This document shows, one piece after another, positions 45,503 to 54,875 of a stretch of DNA of 64,000 nt. The notes beneath the pieces were generated by a model that did not search any database, was not told the DNA's origin, and saw nothing but the letters and a program-made list of their open reading frames with translations. Position 1 is the first letter of the stretch. The number at the start of each line of letters is the position of its first letter. Source of the stretch: an uncultured Candidatus Saccharibacteria bacterium (GTDB lineage Bacteria > Patescibacteriota > Minisyncoccia > Phycocordibacterales > UBA2100); assembly GCA_964623775.1 (NCBI GenBank), contig CAZUVH010000005.1, positions 1,546 to 65,545 of the forward strand. The letters are read 5' to 3'. The position numbers and the translations under genes were made by a program.

Positions 45503-45814
45503 ATGAGTATCAATGCAGAAGTCACAAAAACCGGCAATGAAACCGCCCTTGCGACTATTCGCAAATTTACCCGCCGCGTCCAGGGTGCCAATCTCGTTAA
45601 GACCGTCCGCGGCCAGCGATACTTCGTCCGCGACTCATCGAAAATCGTCAAAAAGAAGCGCGCACTCAAGCTCTTGAAGCGCCGCAAGGACTACAATCAG
45701 GCCGTCAAGGAAGGCAAGATCATTGAGGCAGCTCCTCGCCACAATTACCGTGAACGCCCACGAGAGGAGGCTCCACAGAAGCAGGGTCTCGAGAGCACCC
45801 CGATCGCTCGCTAG
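45503..45814 (+). CDS. rpsU: 30S ribosomal protein S21-like
   Basis: V.K..NE.....IRKF.RRV...........RYF...S....KK pattern; next to ybeY. Confidence 0.7.
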   Translation: MSINAEVTKTGNETALATIRKFTRRVQGANLVKTVRGQRYFVRDSSKIVKKKRALKLLKRRKDYNQAVKEGKIIEAAPRHNYRERPREEAPQKQGLESTPIAR

Positions 45815-45820
45815 TAATAA

Positions 45821-46219
45821 ATGGGCATTGATATTCGAAACACACTGAGGGGCCCAGCACCTTTCGCGAAAGGTGCTGGGCGTTTGCCGTTTGAAGAAAT
45901 CGCGAAAAAAATATTGGGATCGAAATACGAACTCTCACTGGTCATCTGTGGCGACGGTCTCGCACAGCGGATGAATCGCGAGTATCGAAAGAAAACCTAC
46001 AAGCCCAATGTGCTTTCGTTCCCCCTCTCAAAAAATGAGGGTGAAATATTTCTCAACGTCCGCTGCGCTGAGCGCGAATCGCGCACATACGGGGTGCCCC
46101 TGAAGGAGCGTCTTGCCCTCCTCTTCGTGCACGGATGCTTTCATCTCAAAGGCCTCGATCATGGCAAAAAAATGGAAGCGAAGGAACAGAGAGTCCTCAA
46201 AGCGTTCAAGCTTTCATAA
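45821..46219 (+). CDS. ybeY: rRNA maturation RNase YbeY
   Basis: N..YR.K...NVLSF, GEIF, HGCFHLKGLDH. Confidence 0.93.
   Translation: MGIDIRNTLRGPAPFAKGAGRLPFEEIAKKILGSKYELSLVICGDGLAQRMNREYRKKTYKPNVLSFPLSKNEGEIFLNVRCAERESRTYGVPLKERLALLFVHGCFHLKGLDHGKKMEAKEQRVLKAFKLS
45852..45881. repeat. perfect 30-bp palindrome inside the ybeY coding sequence (PAPFAKGAG)
   Basis: GCCCAGCACCTTTCG|CGAAAGGTGCTGGGC. Confidence 0.85.
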
Positions 46220-46267
46220 AACAATCTTTTGTACTAGGATGCCTCCAGTTTCATAGAGGAGACAGCG

Positions 46268-47443
46268 GTGAAAAAGACAGCAGATGTCATCATTGTCGGC
46301 AGTAGTGGCGCTCATGGAAGTGCCGCGCTCTACCAGGCAGCGCTTATGGGAGGCGGTGTGATCGGCATTGATCAACACCCGCCCGGGCATCGACACGGCT
46401 CGTCGCATGGGCAGTCGCGTATCACCCGATTGGCTACTGCCGAAGGTACTGAGTTTACGTGGCTTGCACGACGCTCGCTGGATAATTGGAAGGCCCTGGA
46501 GGAGAAGCTCGATCTGCATCGAAAGCTCTACTTGCCCAACGGCGCTCTAATGATCGGGCAGCAGAAAAATACAACGTCGTTCCACGGCAAACAAGATTTC
46601 GTCAAAAGGACAGTACGTGTCGCCACGAAAAACGATGTACCACACCTGATATACAGCGCGGATGATCTGCGTGAGAAATATCCACTCTTTAAGGTACAGG
46701 ACGATGAGTACGCTTACTTCGAGCCGACCGGGGGTGTGCTCTTCCCCGAGGCCTGCATAGCAGCCAATCATCGGGCTGCCGTGGAATATGGCGCGACAAT
46801 CTACACCGACACCACTGTCAACGAGATCGAAGATGCAAACGGCACTGTCATTGTGCGCACATCTGCAGGAGACATGCATGCGAAAAAATGCATTGTCGCC
46901 GTTGGTCCGTACATCCATAATTTCCTGCCGAGGAAATATCACAAGTACTTCAATGTGACGCGACAGGTGATGTTCTGGTTCAAGCCGAACTCAAGCGAGT
47001 TCATGTTCCGTCCGGAACATTTCCCTGTATTCATCTGGGAGCGTCACGGCATCTATGGATTTCCCGACCTTGGTACGGGGATGATGAAGGTAGCGTCGGG
47101 CGATAAGGGCTTCGAGGTACCGATGAAATCGGCACGTCAACCCGATCCGTTTCTTCTCAAGGGAGAAATGGAAAACATGCATCGTACGTTGCTCGATTGC
47201 ATACCTGCAGCCGCAGGTTCGTCCTGGACATATGACACGTGTCTATACACCAATACACCCGACGATGGATTCGTCATTGATCGGCATCCCGACATGTACA
47301 ACGTGACGCTCGTCTCAGCCTGTTCCGGTCATGCGTTCAAGCACTCGGCCGCGATCGGCGAGATTGCGGCACGTATCGCCCTGAACAACTGGGGTAATGA
47401 CGATCCGGATTTGTCTGAATTCAATCTCACCCGATTCAGGTAA
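46268..47443 (+). CDS. solA: N-methyltryptophan/sarcosine oxidase family flavoprotein
   Basis: GSSHGQSRITR, CLYTNTPD..FVID.HP, SACSGHAFK. Confidence 0.88.
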   Translation: MKKTADVIIVGSSGAHGSAALYQAALMGGGVIGIDQHPPGHRHGSSHGQSRITRLATAEGTEFTWLARRSLDNWKALEEKLDLHRKLYLPNGALMIGQQKNTTSFHGKQDFVKRTVRVATKNDVPHLIYSADDLREKYPLFKVQDDEYAYFEPTGGVLFPEACIAANHRAAVEYGATIYTDTTVNEIEDANGTVIVRTSAGDMHAKKCIVAVGPYIHNFLPRKYHKYFNVTRQVMFWFKPNSSEFMFRPEHFPVFIWERHGIYGFPDLGTGMMKVASGDKGFEVPMKSARQPDPFLLKGEMENMHRTLLDCIPAAAGSSWTYDTCLYTNTPDDGFVIDRHPDMYNVTLVSACSGHAFKHSAAIGEIAARIALNNWGNDDPDLSEFNLTRFR

Positions 47444-47564
47444 TATGAGGCCCGCGCCAAGCGCGGGCCTCTTTTCTTTTCCACGGCATTTTGGGATTAA
47501 AAGTCCTCTTCGAGGGCGTATAATAGAGAGTAAGAACGGCGCTGTCGCGCATGTTCGCTATACA

Positions 47565-48737
47565 ATGGCACGGCGCATTTACACAGGAATAGACATCGGC
47601 ACGTATCACATCAAAGTCGTGATCGCTGCGCCGGGCGAAAATCCTGATCTCCCGATGCAGATTCTCGGCACGGGCACTGCGAGTTCCAAGGGCATGCGAC
47701 ACGGCTATATTATTGATACAAAAGAAGCGACCAAAAGCATCCGTGAGGCGCTTGTGCGCGCATCGCAAGCCGCGAAGATCCACGTAATGAAAGCACGCGT
47801 CGCTTTGGGCGGCGTCTCGCTCGACGAGATGCGCTCGACCGGCGACGTCACACTCACCGCTTCGGGCGGTGTCGTCACCGATCGCGATATCGAACGAGCG
47901 CTCCGAGAGAGCGAGAAACGCGTAGCGTCAAAACTGACCAACCGCACCGTGATTCACACGATCCCACTCGAATACCGCGTGGACGGCAATAAGGTCTTTG
48001 GCAAACCCCAGGGCCTTCAGGGCACCAAGCTCGCCGTCGATACCCTCCTCGTCACCATGCTCTCGCAGCACCACGACGATCTCATCGAAGCCGTCGAGGG
48101 CGCGGGCGTCGAAGTGCAGGGCGTTATGGCATCCTCGCTCGCCGCCTCGCTCGTCACACTCACCAAGGCGCAGAAGACTGCAGGCGTCGTCTTGGCAAAT
48201 ATTGGCGCCGAGACGCTCTCTATTATTGTGTTCGACAACAACATCCCAATTTCGCTCAAAATCCTTCCGACCGGCTCAGGAGACATCACCAATACGATTG
48301 CGCTGCAGTTCCAGATCCCACTCACTGAGGCGGAGACCCTGAAGCGCGGCGGTGTCACTGGTAGCGATATTCCGACCAAGCGAATGCAGATGATCGTCAC
48401 GAGCCAGCTAAAAGACATGTTTTTGCTCGTCAATTCGCACCTCAAGTCGATCGGCCGCCAAAAACTCTTGCCTGCCGGCATCGTCATTACCGGCGGCGGA
48501 AGCTCGTTTGTAAATGCATCCGAGATCGCGCGAGCGGTGCTCAAGTTGCCGTCGCAGATCGGCCAGGTCGGATTCTTGCCACGCACCTCGAGCGTCGATG
48601 CTACCTGGGCCGTAGCATACGGCCTCTGCCGCTGGGCGTACGGCGAAGATCAAAACGGTGGCAAATACAGTTTTACTGAAATCTCTTCAAATCTCTTCGA
48701 GACAATCAAACAAGGGCTTCGCTCACTTCTTCCTTAA
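47565..48737 (+). CDS. ftsA: cell division protein FtsA
   Basis: GIDIGT, NIGAET, GIVITGGGS; upstream of ftsZ. Confidence 0.92.
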   Translation: MARRIYTGIDIGTYHIKVVIAAPGENPDLPMQILGTGTASSKGMRHGYIIDTKEATKSIREALVRASQAAKIHVMKARVALGGVSLDEMRSTGDVTLTASGGVVTDRDIERALRESEKRVASKLTNRTVIHTIPLEYRVDGNKVFGKPQGLQGTKLAVDTLLVTMLSQHHDDLIEAVEGAGVEVQGVMASSLAASLVTLTKAQKTAGVVLANIGAETLSIIVFDNNIPISLKILPTGSGDITNTIALQFQIPLTEAETLKRGGVTGSDIPTKRMQMIVTSQLKDMFLLVNSHLKSIGRQKLLPAGIVITGGGSSFVNASEIARAVLKLPSQIGQVGFLPRTSSVDATWAVAYGLCRWAYGEDQNGGKYSFTEISSNLFETIKQGLRSLLP

Positions 48738-48758
48738 ATAAAAAACAAACAACCGCCC

Positions 48759-49160
48759 TTACTCCGAGGACGGTTGAGATTCCCACAAAATTTTGTCGAG
48801 GATTTTTTTATAGCGATAATATTCTTTCCTCGAGCCGGCACCTGTCGCCGCAAATTCTAATACCTGCGTGGCGCAGAGCTGGAAAAGAGCCGCTGCCAAA
48901 AATTCGGTCAGCAAGACGGGGTCTATATCCTTTTTTATAATCATCTCGGGTGCGACAGCCTTAAGGTGATCTTCGGCTATGTCAAATATTGCCTGATGCA
49001 CCGTATCGAGCTTTTCCTCCAGGATGAGGGTGGCATTCTCTTTCGCATTCGGAAATTTGATGATCTCGGCCACGTTTTCCTCCACACATCTTGAGAACTG
49101 GACCTGTGTGAATCGTCCCGCGTCCTGGAATATTGTCAATTGTAAGCCCGTGCCGAGCAA
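48759..49160 (-). CDS. hypothetical protein inserted between ftsA and ftsZ
   Basis: Open frame with protein-like composition; start uncertain. Confidence 0.45.
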   Translation of the reverse strand: MLGTGLQLTIFQDAGRFTQVQFSRCVEENVAEIIKFPNAKENATLILEEKLDTVHQAIFDIAEDHLKAVAPEMIIKKDIDPVLLTEFLAAALFQLCATQVLEFAATGAGSRKEYYRYKKILDKILWESQPSSE

Positions 49161-49325
49161 AACGTCTCTATTTCGTAACCAACTGTGTTGGTTTCGAGCT
49201 CCTCGGCTCGGAAATATTAAAGCGAAGCTTTATATTTCTCTCGCCCTACGTCGCTCGTAGCGTGAAATTGAATGATGTATGTGTCAAGATTGCCGAAACC
49301 CCCTACGTGATATCATGTCCGAACT

Positions 49326-50513
49326 ATGACAAAGCAAGTGCACTCCGAAGTAGAATCGTTCGCAAGAATCCGGGTAGTTGGAGTCGGAGGCTCGGGCGGC
49401 AATGCCGTCAATCACATGGTCTCTTCGCACGTACAGGGCGTCGATTTCATCGCGGTGAACACCGATTTGCAGGATATTCACAAATCAAAAGCCAAAAGAA
49501 AAATTCATATCGGTAAGGCACTCACTCGAGGACTTGGCACCGGCATGAATCCCGAGCAAGGAAGGCAGGCAGCTGACGAGACGCGCGAGGAAATCCAGGA
49601 TGCACTCAAGGGTTCCGACATGGTCTTTATCACCTGCGGCATGGGTGGCGGCACTGGCACAGGCGCAGCACCGATCGTAGCAAAAATCGCACGCGAGATG
49701 GGTGCGCTCACCGTGGGCGTTGTCACCAAGCCCTTCAGCTTCGAAGGTGCGCAGCGCGCGCGATTGGCTGAAGCTGGTATTCTCGAATTGCGCAAAGCGG
49801 TAGACGCCGTAATCATCATCCCCAACGACAAATTACTTGCGATCGTCTCGCGTGAGACGGGTATCAAGAACGCCTTCGCGATGTGCGACGACATCTTGAA
49901 ACAAGCAGTCGAGGGCATCTCTGATCTCATCACGACGACCGGCATCATCAACGTCGACTTCGCCGATGTGCGCGCTGTCATGGCCAATGCGGGTTCGGCG
50001 CTCATGGGTATCGGCCATGCCACAGGCGAGAAACGCGCCGAAATGGCCGCTCGCGCAGCTATCAACTCGCCGCTTCTTGAAGTCTCGATCACGGGTGCAA
50101 AAGGCGTCCTCTTCTCGATCGCCGGTGGCGACGATCTGGGCATGCTCGAAGTGCAGGATGCGGCCAACGTCATCACCGAGGCTATCGATCAGGATGCAAA
50201 GGTCATCTTCGGCGCTGTCACCGACGAGACGCTCAAGAAAGGTCAGGTCCGCGTCACCGTTATCGCGACCGGATTTCCCGAAGGCAACAACGTGCGCGCC
50301 TCGCTCATTCCGAGTACTCAGCGCTACGTGACCCGCAAGGATCAGGACGTACCGCCGATCTCTCGCTCACAGCAGGAGGAGCGCAAACCGGAATTCAAGG
50401 AAAAACCAGTCGTAAAGGAGCAACCAAAACCGACGCCTCCGCCGCCAACAAAGGCAGATGAGGATGACGACGATAGCTGGGGCGGACTCCCGTCGTTCTT
50501 GCGACGAAACTAA
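49326..50513 (+). CDS. ftsZ: cell division protein FtsZ
   Basis: GVGGSGGNAV, GGGTGTG, NVDFAD, C-terminal PSFLR. Confidence 0.98.
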   Translation: MTKQVHSEVESFARIRVVGVGGSGGNAVNHMVSSHVQGVDFIAVNTDLQDIHKSKAKRKIHIGKALTRGLGTGMNPEQGRQAADETREEIQDALKGSDMVFITCGMGGGTGTGAAPIVAKIAREMGALTVGVVTKPFSFEGAQRARLAEAGILELRKAVDAVIIIPNDKLLAIVSRETGIKNAFAMCDDILKQAVEGISDLITTTGIINVDFADVRAVMANAGSALMGIGHATGEKRAEMAARAAINSPLLEVSITGAKGVLFSIAGGDDLGMLEVQDAANVITEAIDQDAKVIFGAVTDETLKKGQVRVTVIATGFPEGNNVRASLIPSTQRYVTRKDQDVPPISRSQQEERKPEFKEKPVVKEQPKPTPPPPTKADEDDDDSWGGLPSFLRRN

Positions 50514-50567
50514 TCACCATATTTTTTTAGAAACGCTCCGGCTCTGCGGGGTTATAATTACTGCATC

Positions 50568-51530
50568 ATGATTGATACCTTCGAACTCGCAATTATCGGA
50601 GGCGGTCCAGCGGGGGCCGCCGCAGCCGTGTATGCCGCACGCAAGCGCCTCAAGACGATCCAGATTGTCGGCGAATGGGGCGGCCAGAGCACCGTCTCGA
50701 CCGACATCCATAATTGGATCGGCACTCCTTCGATCTCTGGCGCCGATCTTGCAAAGAATTTGCGCGAACACACGGAAAAATACAAAGGCGACTATCTGAC
50801 CGTTCTCTCGCCGATGGTAGCGACAAAGCTGGAGCCGCAAAACGACTACGTAGACGTCACGGTGTCGACCCAAGGCCGATCCGCCTCGGGCGGAAAAAAC
50901 GGCGAGGTCTACCGCGTAAAAGCGGTGATCGTCGCCACCGGTGCCAATCGCCGCAAACTCGAGATTCCAGGCGCTGCCGAGTACGATCAAAAAGGTCTCA
51001 CCTATTGCGCATCGTGCGACGGCCCGCTTTTCGCGGATCAGGACGTGGCCGTAGTCGGCGGCGGCAATGCCGCTTTCGAGACCGCACTTCAGCTGCTCGC
51101 CTACTGCAAATCGGTTTCACTTCTGAATCGCACCGAGAATTTCCGCGCCGACGAGGTCACCGTCGCCGCCGCAAAAGCCGATCCAAAGATGAAAATAATT
51201 ACAAACGCAGAGCCAACAGCCGTCGTCGGTGAACAATTTGTTACCGGCATCAAATACAAAGATGCAAAGTCCGGAAATGAAACACTGCTTCCCGTCTCCG
51301 GCATCTTCGTCGAAATCGGCCTTATCCCAAATACCGGATGGATCGGCACAGCGCTCGATATGACAGCCGTGAAGCAGATCAAAGTCGACCCTCGCACGCA
51401 GCGCACCTCGCATCCACGCGTCTGGGCTGCGGGAGATTGCTCCGACGTCCTCTACCATCAGAACAACATCTCCGCCGGCGACGCCGTCAAAGCTCTCGAG
51501 GACGTGTACATGTTTCTAAGACGTGCTTGA
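50568..51530 (+). CDS. trxB: thioredoxin reductase family protein, carrying a 10-aa palindromic insertion
   Basis: GGGPAG, ATG, YCASCDG, GGGNAA, AAGD. Confidence 0.9.
   Translation: MIDTFELAIIGGGPAGAAAAVYAARKRLKTIQIVGEWGGQSTVSTDIHNWIGTPSISGADLAKNLREHTEKYKGDYLTVLSPMVATKLEPQNDYVDVTVSTQGRSASGGKNGEVYRVKAVIVATGANRRKLEIPGAAEYDQKGLTYCASCDGPLFADQDVAVVGGGNAAFETALQLLAYCKSVSLLNRTENFRADEVTVAAAKADPKMKIITNAEPTAVVGEQFVTGIKYKDAKSGNETLLPVSGIFVEIGLIPNTGWIGTALDMTAVKQIKVDPRTQRTSHPRVWAAGDCSDVLYHQNNISAGDAVKALEDVYMFLRRA
50865..50894 (+). repeat. 30-bp double-hairpin element, in frame in trxB (encodes STQGRSASGG)
   Basis: TCGACC-CAA-GGCCGA-TCCGCC-TCG-GGCGGA; 27/30 identical to the miaA copy. Confidence 0.92.
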
Positions 51531-51632
51531 ATTTGAACCGGTAGTATATAGGTCAAGATACAGGGGTGAGTCATACGGATCTCATGAAAGTATTCCAATA
51601 GAAAGAGCGTCCACGGGGACGCTCTTGAAGTA

Positions 51633-51956
51633 TCATTTTCGGGATGAGCCCGGAACAGCTAAACCGTTCCGAAAGAATTGCGCACCTTCTGCCTGCAGAC
51701 ACGAGTAGAGGCAAAATGGTCCGTTCAGAAGACAAATATCGAAAGCGGTCTTTTCAATTCTGTCTGCCAGTTCAGAAGCCCGCATACCTTTTGTCTCGTG
51801 CAGATAAGTCGCATGTGAGGCGCTTATGGCAATATATCCACTGCCAAACCAGAGAAGAAGAAGTGAGGCGGTTATTAAGCCCGCCCAGTCTTTTGTTCGC
51901 CACATGACGACAACTACGAGGGCGAAACAAGCAACAACAAGCAAGACTACAGTCAT
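51633..51956 (-). CDS. small membrane protein
   Basis: Two N-terminal TM helices; Cys-rich C-terminus. Confidence 0.5.
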   Translation of the reverse strand: MTVVLLVVACFALVVVVMWRTKDWAGLITASLLLLWFGSGYIAISASHATYLHETKGMRASELADRIEKTAFDICLLNGPFCLYSCLQAEGAQFFRNGLAVPGSSRK

Positions 51957-52120
51957 GACGCAACCCCCATCTTTATCCTACTAAAATTGTACCACATAAA
52001 ATCAAACGGCGCAAGCTTTGCCATAACCGAGAAGCAACGCTTCTCGGTTTGATCGTTCTGGAACAATCGCTGTAAATAATGTAAGTTGTGAGCGGATCAT
52101 AGCTTGTAGAGGAGACCACT

Positions 52121-52690
52121 GTGGCCGATACGATCCTCCCTGAGATCGAGGTCAGCATCGACGGAGAATTTACGGGCCCGATTCCGGGCGTGTATTCCAT
52201 GATTTCCATGGGAGCCGTCGCGTACGATAAAGACGAGCGGGAAATCTCCCGTTTCAAAGTGAATCTGACGATGATCCGTGGGACGGCGTACCATCCTCGT
52301 CAACTGAGGTGGTGGGAAGAACACCCCGCTGCCTGGGAAGCCGCAAAGAAAGATCCCCTCCCGCCATGGAAAGCGATGCGGGTATTCGATACATGGCTCA
52401 AGACATTGCCCGGCCGGCCCCGACTGATCGGATGGCCGCTGCCCGTCGACTTCATGTTTTTCTACTGGTACTACTGGCGATATCTCAAAAAGGATCCGCC
52501 CTTTGGATTCGATGGAATCGACATCAAGACTTTTGCCATGTGCAAGCTCAATAAGCGGACCATGGGCGAAGTGAAGCATTCCGAGGTAAAGCAGCTCGTC
52601 GGTATGCCCCTCGTGGAGCTGCCGCACATACCTGATCAGGACGCGGAAGACCAGGCGCAAATGCACTTCAAACTCCGCGCACTTCCGTGA
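52121..52690 (+). CDS. DEDD 3'-5' exoribonuclease (Rv2179c-like)
   Basis: SIDGEFTGP.PG.YSMIS.G, VDF.F, DIKT, H....DA; GGAGGAG RBS. Confidence 0.85.
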   Translation: MADTILPEIEVSIDGEFTGPIPGVYSMISMGAVAYDKDEREISRFKVNLTMIRGTAYHPRQLRWWEEHPAAWEAAKKDPLPPWKAMRVFDTWLKTLPGRPRLIGWPLPVDFMFFYWYYWRYLKKDPPFGFDGIDIKTFAMCKLNKRTMGEVKHSEVKQLVGMPLVELPHIPDQDAEDQAQMHFKLRALP

Positions 52691-53018
52691 AATCCCTTCG
52701 AAACCCGCTCCGGCGGGTTTCTTTTTTTATACTGGACTTCCCTGTCAATTATTGTCCCGCTTGATTTTGATGAAGAAAGAATGACGCGCAACTGTGCGGA
52801 ATGAGCGCTTCATGAAATTTTTTCAACTTTTTTCCCGTTGACCCATGTATATCAACCGATAAGGTGATCTCAGTATGCAAACGATTCCATTCGTGTCACC
52901 TGCATGTGCACGTGAATGGCTGCATACGCATTAGCAGCATTACCAAATCACTAAAAACATTACATGCGTAATCAAATTGCGAAATCGCAATAGTGGGTCT
53001 TGGGTACGCAACTCATTT

Positions 53019-54764
53019 ATGAGTTCAGCACAATCTGCCGTCCTTACCAAGGCGGCGAGCCTCACGGCACTCTTCAGCATCGTGGGCACTACTCTCGTGG
53101 GCGTGATTATTTCACTTTTCACGCCGTTATCAGCCTCAGCAGCGACATGGTCCAATAGTGCGATCAGCGAGCAGACCTCGCTTTTCACCGCAACGTTCGA
53201 CGCCACGCCAACAATGTACGGCGGTGACGTAGTCATCGGATTCTCGCCCGTCGTCGCAGACGCATACGAAGATCTCGCAGCGATCATCCGCTTCAACAAC
53301 GCGGGTAAGATCGATGCGCGCAATGCGGGTACGTATGTGGCGCGAACCTCGATGAGCTACACCGCAGGCGTCTCATACCGATTCCGTATGGTCGTCAACG
53401 TCCCGGCCAAGACGTATTCGGTGTTCGTCACGGGTCCGGGGCAAACCGAGGTCTCAATAGCGACGGATTACAAATTCAGAAGCGAACAAGCTGCCGCTTC
53501 ATCGCTCAAGTACCGCGCACAATACGCGTCATCAGGCGATGCAACGGTAAGTAACTTCGCAATAACGGTAAACACTTCGACTCCGGCTCCAGCACCCGCG
53601 TCGACCCCCACTCCGACTCCAACACCAACACCGACTCCTCCTGTCTCAACCAAATTCTCTGTTGGTAAGCAAGTTATTTCGACAGCGACGGTTAGTGTCC
53701 GCCAAAATCCAGCTGGTACGCTTCTTGGCACTCATCCGACAGGATCTGTAGCGACCGTGACAGGCGGGCCCATCTCAGCAGTTCTCTACGGTACGACAGT
53801 TATTTGGTGGAAACTCGACTTCACTTCAGGTGTTGATGGTTGGGTAGGCGAAGACAGACTTGCGGCATACACAGGGACACCGACTCCGACCCCTGCACCA
53901 ACGCCAACCCCGACACCCGCTCCGACACCGACTCCAACACCAACAACTTCAGGCGCGGACAGATTCGGAATTAAGCAGCTCTACCAAACGATGTCGGGCG
54001 GGAAAGATTGGACATCGAAATGGGACACTGGAACAGCGCGCTCGTTCACAGGAGTCGACCCGCAAGACGCGTGGTTTGACGCCGATCACGGAGACGCAAG
54101 TTATAAGGTGAATGGCAGCGGAGAATTCTCGATCACGGGCCAATATCCCCGCATGTACATCCATGATCCGCAGATGAACGTGGCCAATAGCTGGCGCAAC
54201 GTCGAGATGACAGTGTACGCCAAGCGCGTCTCGGACGCGGGTACTCCATGGGGAGGCATCGTGGGTATCGCGCGCACCAATCACGGCACGACCGGCAATG
54301 AGAATGTCGACAAATGCGACACACGCGGTGTCGGCGCTCGCATCCGCTATGACGGCAAAATCGACTTCGAGAAGGAGACGAGTCATCCTGCGTCAGTGCC
54401 GGTCGCAAGCAAGCAGTACTTCCAAGGAGGTCTCCCTATGAACAAGTGGATCGGTTACAAGTACGTCATTTACGACATGCCGGATGGCAACGTAAAGCTT
54501 GAGCTCTGGATCGATGAGACAGACGGCGCAAACGGCGGCTCATGGAAGAAGATCAACGAGTTCATAGACACGGGCACCAACTTCGGCCAAAACGGCACTG
54601 CCTGCAAATCAGGCGTGAATCCTGGACTTCGTTTGACCAATTCCAACAGCCGTCCCGGATCTGAATCGGGCAAACCGAACATCTCGGTCTACTGGCGATC
54701 AGACGACGTAGGTACAAACGGCCTTGTCTACAAGAAGATGAGTGTTCGTGAGATCCAACCGTAA
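53019..54764 (+). CDS. secreted multidomain protein with PT linkers, an SH3-like domain and a C-terminal beta-jelly-roll (lyase/lectin-like) domain
   Basis: Signal/TM segment ending ASA; (PT)n linkers; WWKLDF.SG.DGWV SH3b-like; RNVEMT.Y, FEKE, KWIGYK, WRSD. Confidence 0.7.
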   Translation: MSSAQSAVLTKAASLTALFSIVGTTLVGVIISLFTPLSASAATWSNSAISEQTSLFTATFDATPTMYGGDVVIGFSPVVADAYEDLAAIIRFNNAGKIDARNAGTYVARTSMSYTAGVSYRFRMVVNVPAKTYSVFVTGPGQTEVSIATDYKFRSEQAAASSLKYRAQYASSGDATVSNFAITVNTSTPAPAPASTPTPTPTPTPTPPVSTKFSVGKQVISTATVSVRQNPAGTLLGTHPTGSVATVTGGPISAVLYGTTVIWWKLDFTSGVDGWVGEDRLAAYTGTPTPTPAPTPTPTPAPTPTPTPTTSGADRFGIKQLYQTMSGGKDWTSKWDTGTARSFTGVDPQDAWFDADHGDASYKVNGSGEFSITGQYPRMYIHDPQMNVANSWRNVEMTVYAKRVSDAGTPWGGIVGIARTNHGTTGNENVDKCDTRGVGARIRYDGKIDFEKETSHPASVPVASKQYFQGGLPMNKWIGYKYVIYDMPDGNVKLELWIDETDGANGGSWKKINEFIDTGTNFGQNGTACKSGVNPGLRLTNSNSRPGSESGKPNISVYWRSDDVGTNGLVYKKMSVREIQP

Positions 54765-54875
54765 GTCAATCTCGCAAACAAAAACAAAAAACGCGGGGAC
54801 CATTCCCCGCGTTTTTGTTTTGTACATACTGCGGCGTTCACCGCTACTTCACTCAAGAATCAGATAATCCTTTTT

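Noticed and set aside
52860-52940. c-di-GMP or another known riboswitch
   Set aside because: Lacks the GNRA tetraloop/receptor and conserved junction sequences; kept only as a weak structured-leader candidate.
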